Positions 26,462-42,216 of a stretch of DNA of 64,000 bases are shown here, one piece after another. This stretch comes from Eledone cirrhosa (taxonomy: Eukaryota), in assembly GCA_964016885.1 (NCBI GenBank), contig OZ024750.1:53010001-53074000 (forward strand), read 5' to 3'. The notes under the pieces were generated by a model. The model was not told the origin of the DNA. It was given only the letters and a program-made list of their open reading frames with translations, and did not search any database. Positions within the stretch are counted from its first letter, which is position 1. The number at the start of each line of letters is the position of its first letter. Made by a program: the position numbers and the translations under genes.

Positions 26462-28228
26462 ACTCTTTTACTCTTTTACCTGTTTCAGCCATCCGGCTGA
26501 GGCCATGCTGGGGCACCGCCCTTGTTGCTACACATTTTATCTCCAGCCTGTATAGGTTGGCCACTGGTGTAGGAGGGAGTTTGTTGCTGCTGCCCTTAGG
26601 TTTCCCTCGTGTCTTGCTGTGGGCTCATCCGGGATCCTGGATAACAAGGTGTCGAGATGTTTCTTAAAGACATCCACCTCCACGTCATGCAAGTCTCGCA
26701 GATGCCTCGGCAGCCTGTTGAAGAGTTGAGGGCCCTTGAATCCCAGGCTATTGCAATACCTGCTCCTTATTCTAGATGTGGAAGACGGGACCTTTGGCAC
26801 CACACAGTGACGTCCTGTTCGACGGTTGGTCCAGCTCCCAATGCCAAAGTTTGGTGCTAGTCCCTCCAGGATTTTCCACATGTAGATCACTGCGTATCTC
26901 TCCCGTCTTCGCTCCAAGGAGTAGAGGTTCAGTTCCTTTAGCCTCTCCCCTCTCCCAGTAGCTTGTCTCCCTCATTTTGGCAATCCTCTTGGTGTAGCTT
27001 CGCTGGATTGCCTCAAGCTCCGTGGTTAGTTTGACACTATGGGGTGACCACAGCTGGGAGCAGTAGTCCAGGCGGCTTAGGACAAAAGTCCTCCACAGTG
27101 TCAACATGGTGTCTCGATCTCTTGTAAGGAAAGTCCTCAAGATCCAGCCAGCGAATCGTCTACATGTTGTCGCCACCTTCATGATGTGTGAAGAAAAAGA
27201 TGCATCATCGCTCATGTCTATGCCCAGGTCTCGTATCGATTTTGACACGGGGATATCGGTCCCTCCTGGTCCTGTGTAGCTGTGTTCCGCTATATTTGTG
27301 TTTGTGTTTGCAGGTTTGTATTGTAGGGCTTGGAATTTGCCAGCATTAAACTGCATGTTGTTTTCTTCCGCCCATCTGTATATGGCATCCAGATCCTGCT
27401 GTAAGAGGGCAGCGTCAGCCGGGTTTTTGATTGCCTGTGCTACCTTAGTGTCATCAGCATAGCTAGTGAGGGATGTTGTTGCATGCACCACAGAGGGCAT
27501 GTCCGAGAGAGCCACCAAAAACAGCAGTGGTCCCAGGACTGTCCCCTGGGGCTACCCACTTGTTATCGGTGTTTCCCTTGAGAGGGCCCCATTTGCTGCG
27601 ACTGCCTGGCTTCTGTCCCTTAGGAAGCCATGCAGCCACTCACCTACTTTTCCAGTTATGCCGAGTCCGTGTAGTTTGTGACATATCATTCCGTGGTCGA
27701 CCTTGTCAAAGGCCTTCGCAAAGTCAAGATATATCACGTCTACATGTGAGCTGTCTAGTAGTTGTCTCAGTACCCAGTCGTAGTGATGTAGCAGCTGTGT
27801 AAGGCAGCTTCTTCCTGGGCGGAAGCCATGTTGCGTACTAGTCAGGCGGTCATTTTCTTCGAGGAAAGTGATTAGTTTCTTTCTGACGACTCGCTCCATG
27901 ACCTTACTGATATGCGACATCAGGGAGACAGGCCTATAGTTCTTGGCCTCCGCTCTACTACCTCCTTTATGGATAGGGCATATTGTGCCTTCTTTCAGCT
28001 CCCTGGGTAGTACACCGCTAGCCAAGGAGCTTCTGAAGAGCATCTTCAGTGGAGTTGCTAAGGCCCGCTTACATATTTTTAGGAGAACTGCTGGGAATCC
28101 ATCAGGTCCAGCAGCCGAGTCTGTGCTAATTTCATCAATGGCGTACACCACATCCTCCTCCGTTATGTCTATGTGGTTGATGGTTGCCATTTCTTGATGT
28201 AGTGTTGTGGCATCAAAGAACTCCTCCA
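26462..28228 (-). pseudogene. 5'-truncated, frameshifted CR1/L2-group LINE (second family)
   Basis: Three frames: [24 protein letters not shown]; YADD..SRLDYC; ERRRERY. 3' tail gaaacaggtaaaagagtaaaagag. Confidence 0.9.
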
Positions 28229-28332
28229 TATGTGTATATGTATATATATATATATATGTATATATGTATATATATATATGTATATATGTATATATATATA
28301 TGTATATATGTATATATATATATGTATATATG

Positions 28333-28377
<45 letters not shown>

Positions 28378-28388
28378 GTATATATATG

Positions 28389-28466
<78 letters not shown>

Positions 28467-28474
28467 TATATGTG

Positions 28475-28547
<73 letters not shown>

Positions 28548-28564
28548 ATAGTATATATATATAT

Positions 28565-28632
<68 letters not shown>

Positions 28633-28635
28633 ATG

Positions 28636-28702
<67 letters not shown>

Positions 28703-28705
28703 ATG

Positions 28706-28790
<85 letters not shown>

Positions 28791-28799
28791 GTATTTATG

Positions 28800-28830
<31 letters not shown>

Positions 28831-28929
28831 GTATATATATATATGTATATATATATATGTATATATATATATGTATATATATATATGTATATATATATAT
28901 GTATATATATATATGTATATATATATATG

Positions 28930-29010
<81 letters not shown>

Positions 29011-29058
29011 GTATATATATATTATATGTATATATATGTATATATATGTATATATATG

Positions 29059-29159
<101 letters not shown>

Positions 29160-29188
29160 TGTATATATATATGTATATATATATATAG

Positions 29189-29339
<151 letters not shown>

Positions 29340-29344
29340 GTATA

Positions 29345-29391
<47 letters not shown>

Positions 29392-29399
29392 GTATGTAT

Positions 29400-29443
<44 letters not shown>

Positions 29444-29470
29444 GTATGTATATATATATATATATGTATG

Positions 29471-29557
<87 letters not shown>

Positions 29558-29570
29558 GTATATATATATG

Positions 29571-29601
<31 letters not shown>

Positions 29602-29612
29602 GTATATATATG

Positions 29613-29663
<51 letters not shown>

Positions 29664-29672
29664 GTATATATA

Positions 29673-29814
<142 letters not shown>

Positions 29815-29824
29815 TGTATATATT

Positions 29825-29855
<31 letters not shown>

Positions 29856-29974
29856 GTATATATATATATGTATATATATGTATATATATATATGTATATA
29901 TATGTATATGTATATATATGTATATATATATATGTATATATATATATGTATATATATGTATATATATATATATG

Positions 29975-30037
<63 letters not shown>

Positions 30038-30116
30038 ATATATATATATGTATATATATATATGTATATATATGTATATATGTATATATATATATGTATA
30101 TATGTATATATATGTA

Positions 30117-30166
<50 letters not shown>

Positions 30167-30300
30167 GTATATGTATATATATGTATGTATATATATGTAT
30201 ATATATATATATGTATGTATATGTATGTATATATATGTATATATATATATATGTATGTATATATATGTATAATATATATATATGTATATATATATATGTA

Positions 30301-30336
<36 letters not shown>

Positions 30337-30338
30337 TG

Positions 30339-30411
<73 letters not shown>

Positions 30412-30420
30412 GTATGTATG

Positions 30421-30481
<61 letters not shown>

Positions 30482-30494
30482 GTATGTATGTATG

Positions 30495-30559
<65 letters not shown>

Positions 30560-30592
30560 GTATATGTATATAAATGTATATATGTATATATG

Positions 30593-30639
<47 letters not shown>

Positions 30640-30658
30640 GTATATATATGTATATATG

Positions 30659-30753
<95 letters not shown>

Positions 30754-31014
30754 GTATATAAATGTATATATGTATATATGTATATAAATGTATATATGTA
30801 TATATGTATATATATGTATATAAATGTATATATGTATATATGTATATAAATGTATATATGTATATATATATATATGTATATAAATGTATATATGTATATA
30901 TATATATATGTATATAAATGTATATATGTATATATGTGTATGTATATATATGTATATATAAATGTATATATGTATATATATGTATATATAAATGTATATA
31001 TGTATATATATATG

Positions 31015-31045
<31 letters not shown>

Positions 31046-31063
31046 GTATATGTATATATATAT

Positions 31064-31771
31064 GGAGGAGGTTATAGTTCACTTGAAGCATTGTGTAATG
31101 AGGTATAAACGTTAGAATATGTGTAATAAGGCCAAGACAATGCAGATATGGACATAGAAAAAAGAATGCAATAGTGAAAGATATTGATGAGAATTCGTCT
31201 TTCACCTTGAATTTATTTAAATGTCCTTAATTTTCGAGATAATATCTCTTCTTCGGAGGGAAGTAAAAGTCTCAGACCAGCGTCTAAATTTCCAATGAAG
31301 CCATGCTGACCGGAAATAGTATAGAGTTCTAACTTTAATATCAAAGAATTAAAATTAGGTGGGTAAAGAGTAGTCTCCCTTTAAGAGGGGTTTGTTTATG
31401 TTTTTGTTGTTTTTTTAAATTTTATATGCGTGCCTGTATATGTGTGTGGGAGAAAGCATGAAGGTGTAGGTATGTGGGTGTGTGTGTGTGAGTGTGGGAA
31501 GATAGGTCTAATCGTAAAAGTGGGGGGTAGGTGTTATCTGGTGTTAGAACTGGTTTTGTGTGTGTGTGTGAGAGAGAATAAGTGGAGGTGTGCGCGTGCG
31601 TGTGTGTGGGGTGTGTAAAGTGGGGCTAGAGGCCCTATCAGGTTATAAATTGGGTGTTGAGCTCTAGTCTATTATTGATTGGTGGATGTGTTCTATCTAT
31701 AATGAGTGCTTCCTTGATTCTAAGATTGCCGAGGTTTCTTTCCTTAGTTTCTATCCTAACTGTTATGTTAC
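31064..31771 (-). mobile_element. Penelope-like 3' fragment (GIY-YIG C-terminus + UTR)
   Basis: Minus strand ~31771-31640 translates [35 protein letters not shown], followed by a CA-rich UTR and a hammerhead. Confidence 0.8.
31225..31259 (-). ncRNA. Variant minimal hammerhead (CCGAAGA core)
   Basis: cct-CCGAAGA-a-gagat(att)atctc-GAAA-at-TA-agg, followed by AATAAA. Confidence 0.65.
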
Positions 31772-31778
31772 ATATATG

Positions 31779-31893
<115 letters not shown>

Positions 31894-31904
31894 GTATATA
31901 TATG

Positions 31905-31937
<33 letters not shown>

Positions 31938-31960
31938 GTATATATATATGTATATATATG

Positions 31961-31993
<33 letters not shown>

Positions 31994-32056
31994 ATGTATA
32001 TGTATATATATATATGTATGTATATATATATATGTATGTATATGTATATGTATATG

Positions 32057-32087
<31 letters not shown>

Positions 32088-32100
32088 GTATATATGTATA

Positions 32101-32378
32101 TCATCATCATCATCAACGTTTCATGTCCGTGTTCCACGCTTGCATGGGTTTGGACGGGGGTAGTCCCACTTGAGGCAAGAGTGATTGTCTTGCTCGCATA
32201 GGACTGTCTGGCAGGTTTTCTACAGTTGGATGCCCTTCCTAACACCAACCACATTTACAGTGTGGGTCGGGGAGGTTTTTACCGTGTTGCCTGCACGGCC
32301 ACATTACAGCGTGGACTGTGTGTTTTTTTGTCGTGACACCGACACGATCTCATTTGTTTCGGCCTCTATGGCGCGGCT
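32101..32378 (-). mobile_element. RTE 3'-tail fragment or RTE-tailed SINE
   Basis: (CAT)n then ...tttctacagttggatgcccttcctaacaccaacc, matching the RTE 3' UTR at 21131-21400. Confidence 0.8.
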
Positions 32379-32440
32379 ATATATATATGTATATATATAT
32401 GTATATATATATATATGCATATATATATATATGTATATAT

Positions 32441-32532
<92 letters not shown>

Positions 32533-32668
32533 GTATATATATGTATATATATATGTATATGTATATATATATGTATATATATATATATGTATGTATATGT
32601 GTATGTATATATATGTATATGTGTATGTATATATATGTATATATATGTATATATATATGTATATGTAT

Positions 32669-32702
<34 letters not shown>

Positions 32703-32837
32703 GTATATGTGTATGTATGTATATGTGTATGTATATATATGTATATGTGTATGTATATATATGTATATGTGTATGTATATATGTATATATATATGTATAT
32801 ATATATGTATATATATGTATATGTATATGTATATATG

Positions 32838-32990
<153 letters not shown>

Positions 32991-33004
32991 GTATATATAT
33001 GTAT

Positions 33005-33037
<33 letters not shown>

Positions 33038-33213
33038 GTTTTAGTTATACTATCTATGGTTATGTAAATACAAAACCTTATGCAGTTATAAGTATTTTAC
33101 ATACACCCTAAATAGTGGTAGGCAGTAATGTATTACTACCCTATTACCAGTAAGTTAAGTAGCTCAATGTATATATATATATATGTATATATGTATATGT
33201 ATATATGTATATG

Positions 33214-33244
<31 letters not shown>

Positions 33245-33249
33245 GTGTA

Positions 33250-33406
<157 letters not shown>

Positions 33407-33483
33407 ATATATATATATGTGTATATATATATATGTGTATATATATATGTGTATATATATATATGTGTATATATATATATATC

Positions 33484-33525
<42 letters not shown>

Positions 33526-33527
33526 TC

Positions 33528-33606
<79 letters not shown>

Positions 33607-33627
33607 GTATATATATATATGTATATA

Positions 33628-33692
<65 letters not shown>

Positions 33693-33849
33693 GTATATAT
33701 ATATATATCTATATATATATGTATATATATATATATCTATATATATATGTATATATATGTATATATATCTATATATATATATGTATATATATGTATATAT
33801 ATCTATATATATATATCTATATATATGTATATATATCTATATATATATC

Positions 33850-33891
<42 letters not shown>

Positions 33892-33992
33892 TATATATAT
33901 GTATATATGTATGTATATATATATATATATATGTATGTATATATATATATATATGTATGTATATATATATATATATGTATGTGTATATATAT

Positions 33993-34082
<90 letters not shown>

Positions 34083-34083
34083 G

Positions 34084-34116
<33 letters not shown>

Positions 34117-34247
34117 GTATATGTATATGTATATGTATATATGTATATATGTATATGTATATATGTATATGTATATATATATATATGTATATATGTATAT
34201 ATGTATATGTGTATATGTATATATATATATATGTATATATGTATATG

Positions 34248-34280
<33 letters not shown>

Positions 34281-34287
34281 ATAAATG

Positions 34288-34336
<49 letters not shown>

Positions 34337-34405
34337 ATGTATGTATATATGTATATGTATATATATATATGTATATATGTATATGTATATATATATATGT
34401 ATATA

Positions 34406-34438
<33 letters not shown>

Positions 34439-34593
34439 ATATATATATGTATATATATATATGTATATATATATATGTATATATATATATGTATATATAT
34501 ATATATGTATATATATATATGTATATATATATATGTATATATATATATGTATATATATATGTATATGTATATATATATATGTATATATATATG

Positions 34594-34626
<33 letters not shown>

Positions 34627-34685
34627 GTATGTATATATATATGTATATATATATATATATATGTATATATATGTATATATATATG

Positions 34686-34720
<35 letters not shown>

Positions 34721-34759
34721 GTATATATATATATGTATATATATATGTATATATATATG

Positions 34760-34790
<31 letters not shown>

Positions 34791-34803
34791 GTATATATAT
34801 ATG

Positions 34804-34856
<53 letters not shown>

Positions 34857-34881
34857 GTATATATATATGTATATATATATG

Positions 34882-34912
<31 letters not shown>

Positions 34913-34913
34913 G

Positions 34914-34976
<63 letters not shown>

Positions 34977-35146
34977 GTATATGTATATATATATATGTAT
35001 ATGTATATATATATATGTATATATATATGTATATATATATATGTATATGTATATGTATATATATATATGTATATGTATATGTATATATATATATGTATAT
35101 GTATATATATATATGTATATATATATATGTATATATATATGTATAT

Positions 35147-35235
<89 letters not shown>

Positions 35236-35465
35236 TGTATATATATGTATATATATGTATATATATGTATATATATGTATATATATGTATATATATGTAT
35301 ATATATGTATATATATGTATATGTATATATATGTATATATATGTATATATATGTATATATATGTATGTATATATATATGTATATATATGTATATATATGT
35401 ATATATATGTATATATATGTATGTATATATATATGTATATATATGTATATATATGTATATATATG

Positions 35466-35503
<38 letters not shown>

Positions 35504-35539
35504 TATGTGTATATATATGTATGTATATGTATATGTGTA

Positions 35540-35573
<34 letters not shown>

Positions 35574-35996
35574 TATATATATGTATGTATATGTATATAT
35601 ATGTATATGTATGTATATGTATATGTATGTATATGTATATATATGTATGTATATGTATGTATATGTATATGTATGTATATGTATATGTATGTATATGTAT
35701 ATATATGTATGTATATGTATGTATATGTATATGTATATATATGTATATATATGTATATGTATATGTATATATATGTATATGTATGTATATGTATATGTAT
35801 GTATATGTATGTATATGTATGTATATGTATATGTACATATATGTATATGTATATATATGTATATGTATATGTATGTATGTATATATATGTGTATGTATTT
35901 ATATATATATATATATTCCCCTCTAAACCAATGCTAGCGTGGAAGATAGACGTTAAACAATGATGATATATATATACATATATATATATATACAAT

Positions 35997-36420
35997 CAAG
36001 GGAGTGTAAACACAGAAAATATCTTAAAAAATAATAATTAAATTCCAAAAAATTCACTGTACTTACTATATGTGCTCTTACTGCGGTTTCACATACCAAA
36101 CAAATAGATAATCCAAGCGGATTTCCACCTTGCTTTGTCTTTGCACACGGTCCATAAAGAAATTGTTTCATCATTCTTTCGCTATCATTCTGAAGCAGTT
36201 TTGTATGGCGCCAGTTTGTAATTTGAACTCAGGAATTTTATATTGTCCCAGAGAGAAAAGCCTTCCGACGATGATCTCTTTCTCAATGGAAATCCGCTTG
36301 GATTATCTATTTGTTTGGGATGTGAAACCGTAGTAAGGGCAGATATAGTAAGTACAGTGAATGTTTTGGAATTTAATTATTATTATTTTTAAAGATATTT
36401 TCTGTGTTTACACTCCCTTG
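35997..36420. repeat. Foldback with ~130 bp inverted arms
   Basis: 35997-36127 is the near reverse complement of 36287-36420. Confidence 0.9.
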
Positions 36421-37215
36421 TTAATTTATTAACTTGCCATTGAACCACACTGGCATACAGTTATACTTGTGTCCCTGTATGTATTAATTACATATAGGGA
36501 CACATACCTTTATTATATATATACATATATATGTATGTATATGTATATATAGACACATAACATATAGACACATTACATATAGACACATAGCAAACATTAC
36601 ATGGTCGCTGGACATGCTAAAAACAGCAGCCAGATCTTTCATGACAAAGGAACAAACAACGTAGAGAACAAGGCATACATCCTTCTGTGCGCATATATGC
36701 ATACAAACGCACACACACTCAACTTTTCATGGTTGTTGGACATGGTTAGAAATAGCAGTAAATCTCTGATAGAGAAACTAGAGAACAAGACATACACACT
36801 TGTACATGCACATATACACAAACACACCCACGTGCATAACATTATGCATTGATGAAGGAGCTTCTATGTGGTCACTGGGCATTCTAGAAATAGTAGCCTA
36901 GTCTCTTCCAAATCGCACCACTCTCTTTGAATTTAGATCATGCCGATGACAAATTATTCTTTCAGGTTTAAGTACCACCATTGGCAGAATTGTTAGAATA
37001 AGGGACCTTTGTGTCGCATAGGACTGGAGCCCTTATCATTTAAACACCCAAGATACAATCTCATAAGAAGCTGGCTAAACCCACTACAGTGTCTGGGTAT
37101 TTAGTACTTTGGGCCAGCTCTAAAATGTGCCCCACACTCCCAAAAGAGACAAATTCAGCTTATGGCTTGGTGACGTGGTCTCCATACATCTTGCTCGCTC
37201 TACATCTTGCACGCT

Positions 37216-37455
37216 CTACATTCACCCTCTACCCAGTTAATCTGACCAGTCATAACATCATATCCCCCCCCCCCCCCTACATTCACCCTCTGACCAGTCA
37301 TATCATATTACCCCCCCCCCCCCCCCCACTACATTCACTCTCTGCCCAGTTAATCTGACCAGTCATAACATCATATTGCCCCCCCCCCCCACTACATTCA
37401 CCCTCTGCCCAGTTAATCTGACCAGTCATAACATCATATTGCCCCCCCCCCCCAC
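37216..37455. repeat. ~60 bp tandem repeat with poly-C, ~4 units
   Basis: ctacattcaccctctgcccagttaatctgaccagtcataacatcatatt(C)n. Confidence 0.9.
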
Positions 37456-38214
37456 CACTTTCGATATTTCCACTATGTTGCGAAGATGTTTAGGCATATA
37501 TTTCATTGATCACATGAAATTATTATGCATTTTATTTAATTCGTAAAATTTATATAAACTGTGATCATTGTAGGTCCAGTAAGGCAATTTTAGGGATCTG
37601 TGTCAGGATAAAGAAGAGAGTATGAAATTAGCTTTGCTTAGAATTTCTTGGCAAGTGTCTGAACATACTCTACTGGAAGAACTCCAACTTGTCAGAAAGG
37701 TTCTAGTTTGGTCCAACTTGGTAGAATTGGTTGTAATTTTCACACACACAGATATTTGGTGCAATATTAATTTATGCATCAATATCTTTAAAACTGCCTT
37801 TTTGTTTTGTTTTCATACTGTGTTTATTATATTCATGCTAATTGAAAATATTTTGTTATATAAATCTACAATAAAGTAAAATACATTAACAAAATATGGC
37901 TATAGACATGGTCATGTGTTTAAGCAGTTTGCTTTATAACCACATGATTTGAGTTCAGTCCTACTACATAGCACCTTGGCACCTTGACCAGTGTCTTCTA
38001 TTATAGCCTTTCATTGACCAGTGTCTGAGTGAAATTTTGTAGATTGAAACTACACAAGTCCACTCTGTTGCATTTGGGCCAGTTCTCTTGTTTGAGGATA
38101 TCTTTCTACCTCCCTCATCCCCACCAGTGTCAGAGACCCTAAAATGGGTCATGGACACTGCGCTTTCTTCTTTGATTAAACAACAGAAAATGAAAATTAA
38201 TAAAACTCGCTTAA

Positions 38215-38942
38215 CCCTTTAATGTTCAAACCGGCCCAAACCAGCCAGAATTCTCTACCCTTTTCTGTTGAAACTGGCTGTAACCGGTCATTCAAACTGA
38301 TGTTAAGGTATTGTTCTCAAAATAAATACTTTCAAAATCTCATAGATTCGATATTATGTGAGATAATTATGTTAGGTAAAGCCTTTACCATGAAAATATA
38401 ATAGTATATATAGAGTAATGTGAATGTTATGTGAGATAATTATGTTAGGTAAAGCCTTTACCATGAAAATACAATAGTATATATAGAGTAATGTGAATGT
38501 TATGTGAGATATTATGTGAGGTAAAGCCTTTACCATGAAAATATAATAGTATATATAGAGTAATGTGAATGTTATGTGAGATAATTATGTGAGGTAAAGC
38601 CTTTACTGTGAAAATACAATAGTATATATAGAGTAATGTGAATGTTATGTGAGATAATTATGTTAGGTAAAGCCTTTACCATGAAAATATAATAGTATAT
38701 ATAGAGTAATGTGAATGTTATGTGAGATATTATGTGAGATAAAGCCTTTACTGTGAAAATACAATAGTATATATAGAGTAATGTGAATGTTATGTGAGAT
38801 ATTATGTGAGGTAAAGCCTTTACCATGAAAATATAATAGTATATATAGAGTAATGTGAATGTTATGTGAGATAATTATGTTAGGTAAAGCCTTTACCATG
38901 AAAATACAATAGTATATATAGAGTAATGTGAATGCTAAAGGG
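38215..38942. mobile_element. piggyBac-like MITE (TTAA target site duplication)
   Basis: TTAA|CCCTTTA...TAAAGGG|TTAA. Confidence 0.8.
38354..38934. repeat. 63-66 bp tandem array (~9 units) inside the MITE
   Basis: ttatgtgagataattatgttaggtaaagcctttaccatgaaaatataatagtatatatagagtaatgtgaatg repeated. Confidence 0.95.
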
Positions 38943-39279
38943 TTAAAAGTGAATGAAATTACTAATATTTATTCAAATCTCAGCGATGGTTGTAAGTCAG
39001 CTGTTATTATTTTCATATTTCACACAACTCAATCATTCAAGATATTTTCATAGATAAACTCTTATGTTGAGTTGACCTAGTGAATGAGGTATTTGGCACC
39101 AGGCCTGTAGGTCATCTTGTTAGAACATTTCATTGCTTCACTTAGATGAGATCTTTTCTTAACCACATAGAGCCACACTTGTCCTACATATGACATTGAG
39201 AGGGACATTGTATTTTTATCAGTCTAACTAGAGTAATTTCTGCTCCAGATGTATACAATGATTCAACTATGATTTGATA

Positions 39280-39570
39280 TCCTCATCGTTTTACGTCCAT
39301 TTTTCCATGCTAGCATGGGTTAGACGAGTTGTCCTGTTGTGGGCAATGCCAGGTCAGGTGACCATGTCTTGTTTATACTGAACCGATTTTGGCTTGATGT
39401 CTACAGTTGGATGCCCTTCTTAACACCAACCTCATTTACAGTGAGTACTGGGTGCTTTTTGTCGTGACACCTACACAATCACTTTACAGTGGGGAGGGGG
39501 TCATGCTGTATATATGCTTCAGCTTCGGCCTGTACCCGTTGGAAGTCGGGTCTTCTGTATTACTGTGTAA
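39280..39570 (-). mobile_element. RTE 3' end fragment
   Basis: Matches 21150-21480. Similar tails at ~40480-40640, 40697-40920, 41005-41171, 49680-49870, 54435-54597, 57081-57150 and 63832-64000. Confidence 0.85.
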
Positions 39571-39584
39571 TGTCACCTGTCGGT

Positions 39585-39940
39585 AGTATTTCTTTAGAAA
39601 TACGAAATTCCAATACATATCTGTATACAGCTATGTACAAAGCTAAATTCTAATTCTATTCTATTATACGTTGAGCCAATTTATACAGCTTCATATGCAA
39701 ATGAGATTAATCACCTCATTTACACAGACGAGAAAACTATATATTAACGCCTGTTATCCAACATTTGCAAGAGCGGGAGGGATTGTCCTGATGAGAACCA
39801 GTTCAGTTCAATAGGCATTGACAATTGTCCCCCTTGCTTCTGCTGGACACTGCCGGTGTTTTTGCATAGCTATGGCTTTCTAAATGTTTATTTATAAACA
39901 GATTGTATTTCTTTAGAAATACAAAATTCCAATATATATA
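39585..39940 (+). mobile_element. ~320 bp terminally redundant unit with degenerate hammerhead
   Basis: gtatttctttagaaatac(g/a)aaattccaata at both ends; attgtc-CTGATGA-gaac..gttc-AATA-ggcatt-gacaat at 39782-39825. Confidence 0.6.
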
Positions 39941-41829
39941 GGTATGTATTGTAATATTGGGTTTTTCTGATATGCACACTCATATTCTCATTCTTGTGTA
40001 AATTTTAATCATGTGTCTGTTAATGTATGGATGTACAGAAGTACTACATTTTGATATCCTATCTTTAACACTGCTTCTGCTTTGCTGATGCTTTTGATTG
40101 TGCTTGTAATTTACAATATAGTAATTGATATATAAACCTCATCTATGGTATGGAGTTATCTCTCGTATGTAATACACTTGAAACTTCAAACAATATCTAA
40201 ATTCCAGAAGATATGTAGAGCAAGGGTCAGATACCTCATATGGCCTACCGCTCTACATTGAAACATGGAGAATAAAAATTATGTTTTAAGTATAACTTGG
40301 TTATTCTCTCTCTATTCATATTAATACATACACACATTTATGTTCATACACAGAACAAAAGCACTACCTAACATTTCAAGGTCCAATATTGATCATATCT
40401 CCAGGTTGTAAGAGGGATCAAAATTGTGACCTCATCTTCAGATGAGTTTTGTACACACGCACACACACACACACACACGTCATCATTGTCACCGTTTAAT
40501 CTCTATTATCCATGCTTGTATGGGTTAGATGGTTTATGTACTGAGGGTAGAGTGGTCAGGTGACTATATACAATAGTTTTGGCTAGGTTTCTATGGCTGA
40601 GTGCCCTTCCTAATGTCAACCCTTACAGGGTGAACTGGATGCTATGGCACTATCACATTACAGACACACACACATACATACATGTATATATACATAATCA
40701 TCGTTTAACGTCCATCTTCCATACTAGCATGGGTTAGACGGGTCCCATTTAGAGGCAGGTTGGGCGGGGTGACCATGTTTCGCTCATATAGGGTTGGTTT
40801 TCTACGGCTGGATTCCCTTCCTAGCACCAACCACATTTACAGTGCGTGCTGGGTGCTTTTTACCGTGTCTTTTACACGATCACTTTACAGTGTAGGCTGG
40901 ATGTTTTGTGATACCAACGTAACATACACACACACACATATATATACACATACACACACACACACATCATGATAATGGTATATATATATTTGTGTGTATA
41001 TATATCATTATCACCTCCGCCTTATGTCCATTTTCCACGCTAGCATGGGTTAGACGAGTAGTCCTGTTGTAGGCAGTGCTAGGTCAGGTGATCATGTCTT
41101 GCTCATACAGGACTGATTCTGGCTTAGTTTCTACAGCTGGATGCCCTTCCTAATGCCAACCTTATTTACAGTTCATAAGTTCACTGTATCCCTGTTTGTT
41201 GTATGAGGCGACTAAAAGGACTGTCTCCAGGAAGGGCATTGGGCTGTTATAAAACATTGCTTCAAAAGGGAAGCTATGATGTGTTTGAAGCCTTTCATGG
41301 AACACACAAGACTTACTACACATTTTTAGTGGTGAAAATGTCTTTAAAACATTTGTTCAAATAACAATGGTTATTTTTTCTTGGCGCTAGCTTGTCTCAT
41401 GTCATCTTCACTCTGGAACCTCCTCCCTGTTGATTTACAAAAGTTAAAGTAGAACATGAACAGGATCAATCTTTAGAGAATTGGAGGGTCTCCAAAGACA
41501 CTACCACTTCCCCCAGATCTAGCAAAAAAAAAAAAAATGTGGTTTGTAGAGGGTTACTAATTGTTCAGAGATGACACATTTTCTGGAGAGGAAGCTTAGA
41601 TTTTGAGATGGCAGTTACAGCTATTACTGATGTGGTCAACATGAAAGGTCACCAGAAATTGTGGAAAACCTAGCTAGCAGCATTTGTAAAGTTTGTTAAG
41701 ATTGTAAGTTGTTGTTCGTAAGTGTAAGCAGACTTGACTATTTCCTGCAATAAATATCAAATAATTTGTTTCTTGAACACTGTGGTACAAAATTATTAAC
41801 TTCTGTCAGTTTTAAGCTGAGAATAGGTC

Positions 41830-42123
41830 ACTGTCTCATTAAATTTGACCCTGTCTTTTCATGCAGACTCTTCTACATCCAGCCAACTACCATAGATGCA
41901 ATCTTCTTCTCACATCTAAGATATAGTTGGTATGAAGCTGTCTCATTAAGAAATATGGCTGAGAATACGCCACTGTCTCATTAAATTTGACCTCATCTTT
42001 TCATACAGGATTTAAATAGCTCTTTTATTAGCCACTTCCACACTCAGCCAACCATTACCACAGATGTGATCTTTTGACATCTGAGGTATAGTTGTTATGA
42101 AACTGTCTCATTAAGAAATATGG
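41830..42123. repeat. Diverged tandem duplication, ~140 bp unit
   Basis: cactgtctcattaaatttgacc...tgtctcattaagaaatatgg occurs twice. Confidence 0.75.
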
Positions 42124-42216
42124 TCATCCATGCTGCTTCATTCTGCTACATCCCTTTATAGCCAACAATACTTTTCTGTAAATCAATCTGATTTACAATC
42201 AATGTTATATAAATAA

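Noticed and set aside
39950-40320. Possible host exon or 3' UTR with AATAAA
   Set aside because: No recognisable ORF or splice structure; AATAAA is frequent in AT-rich DNA.
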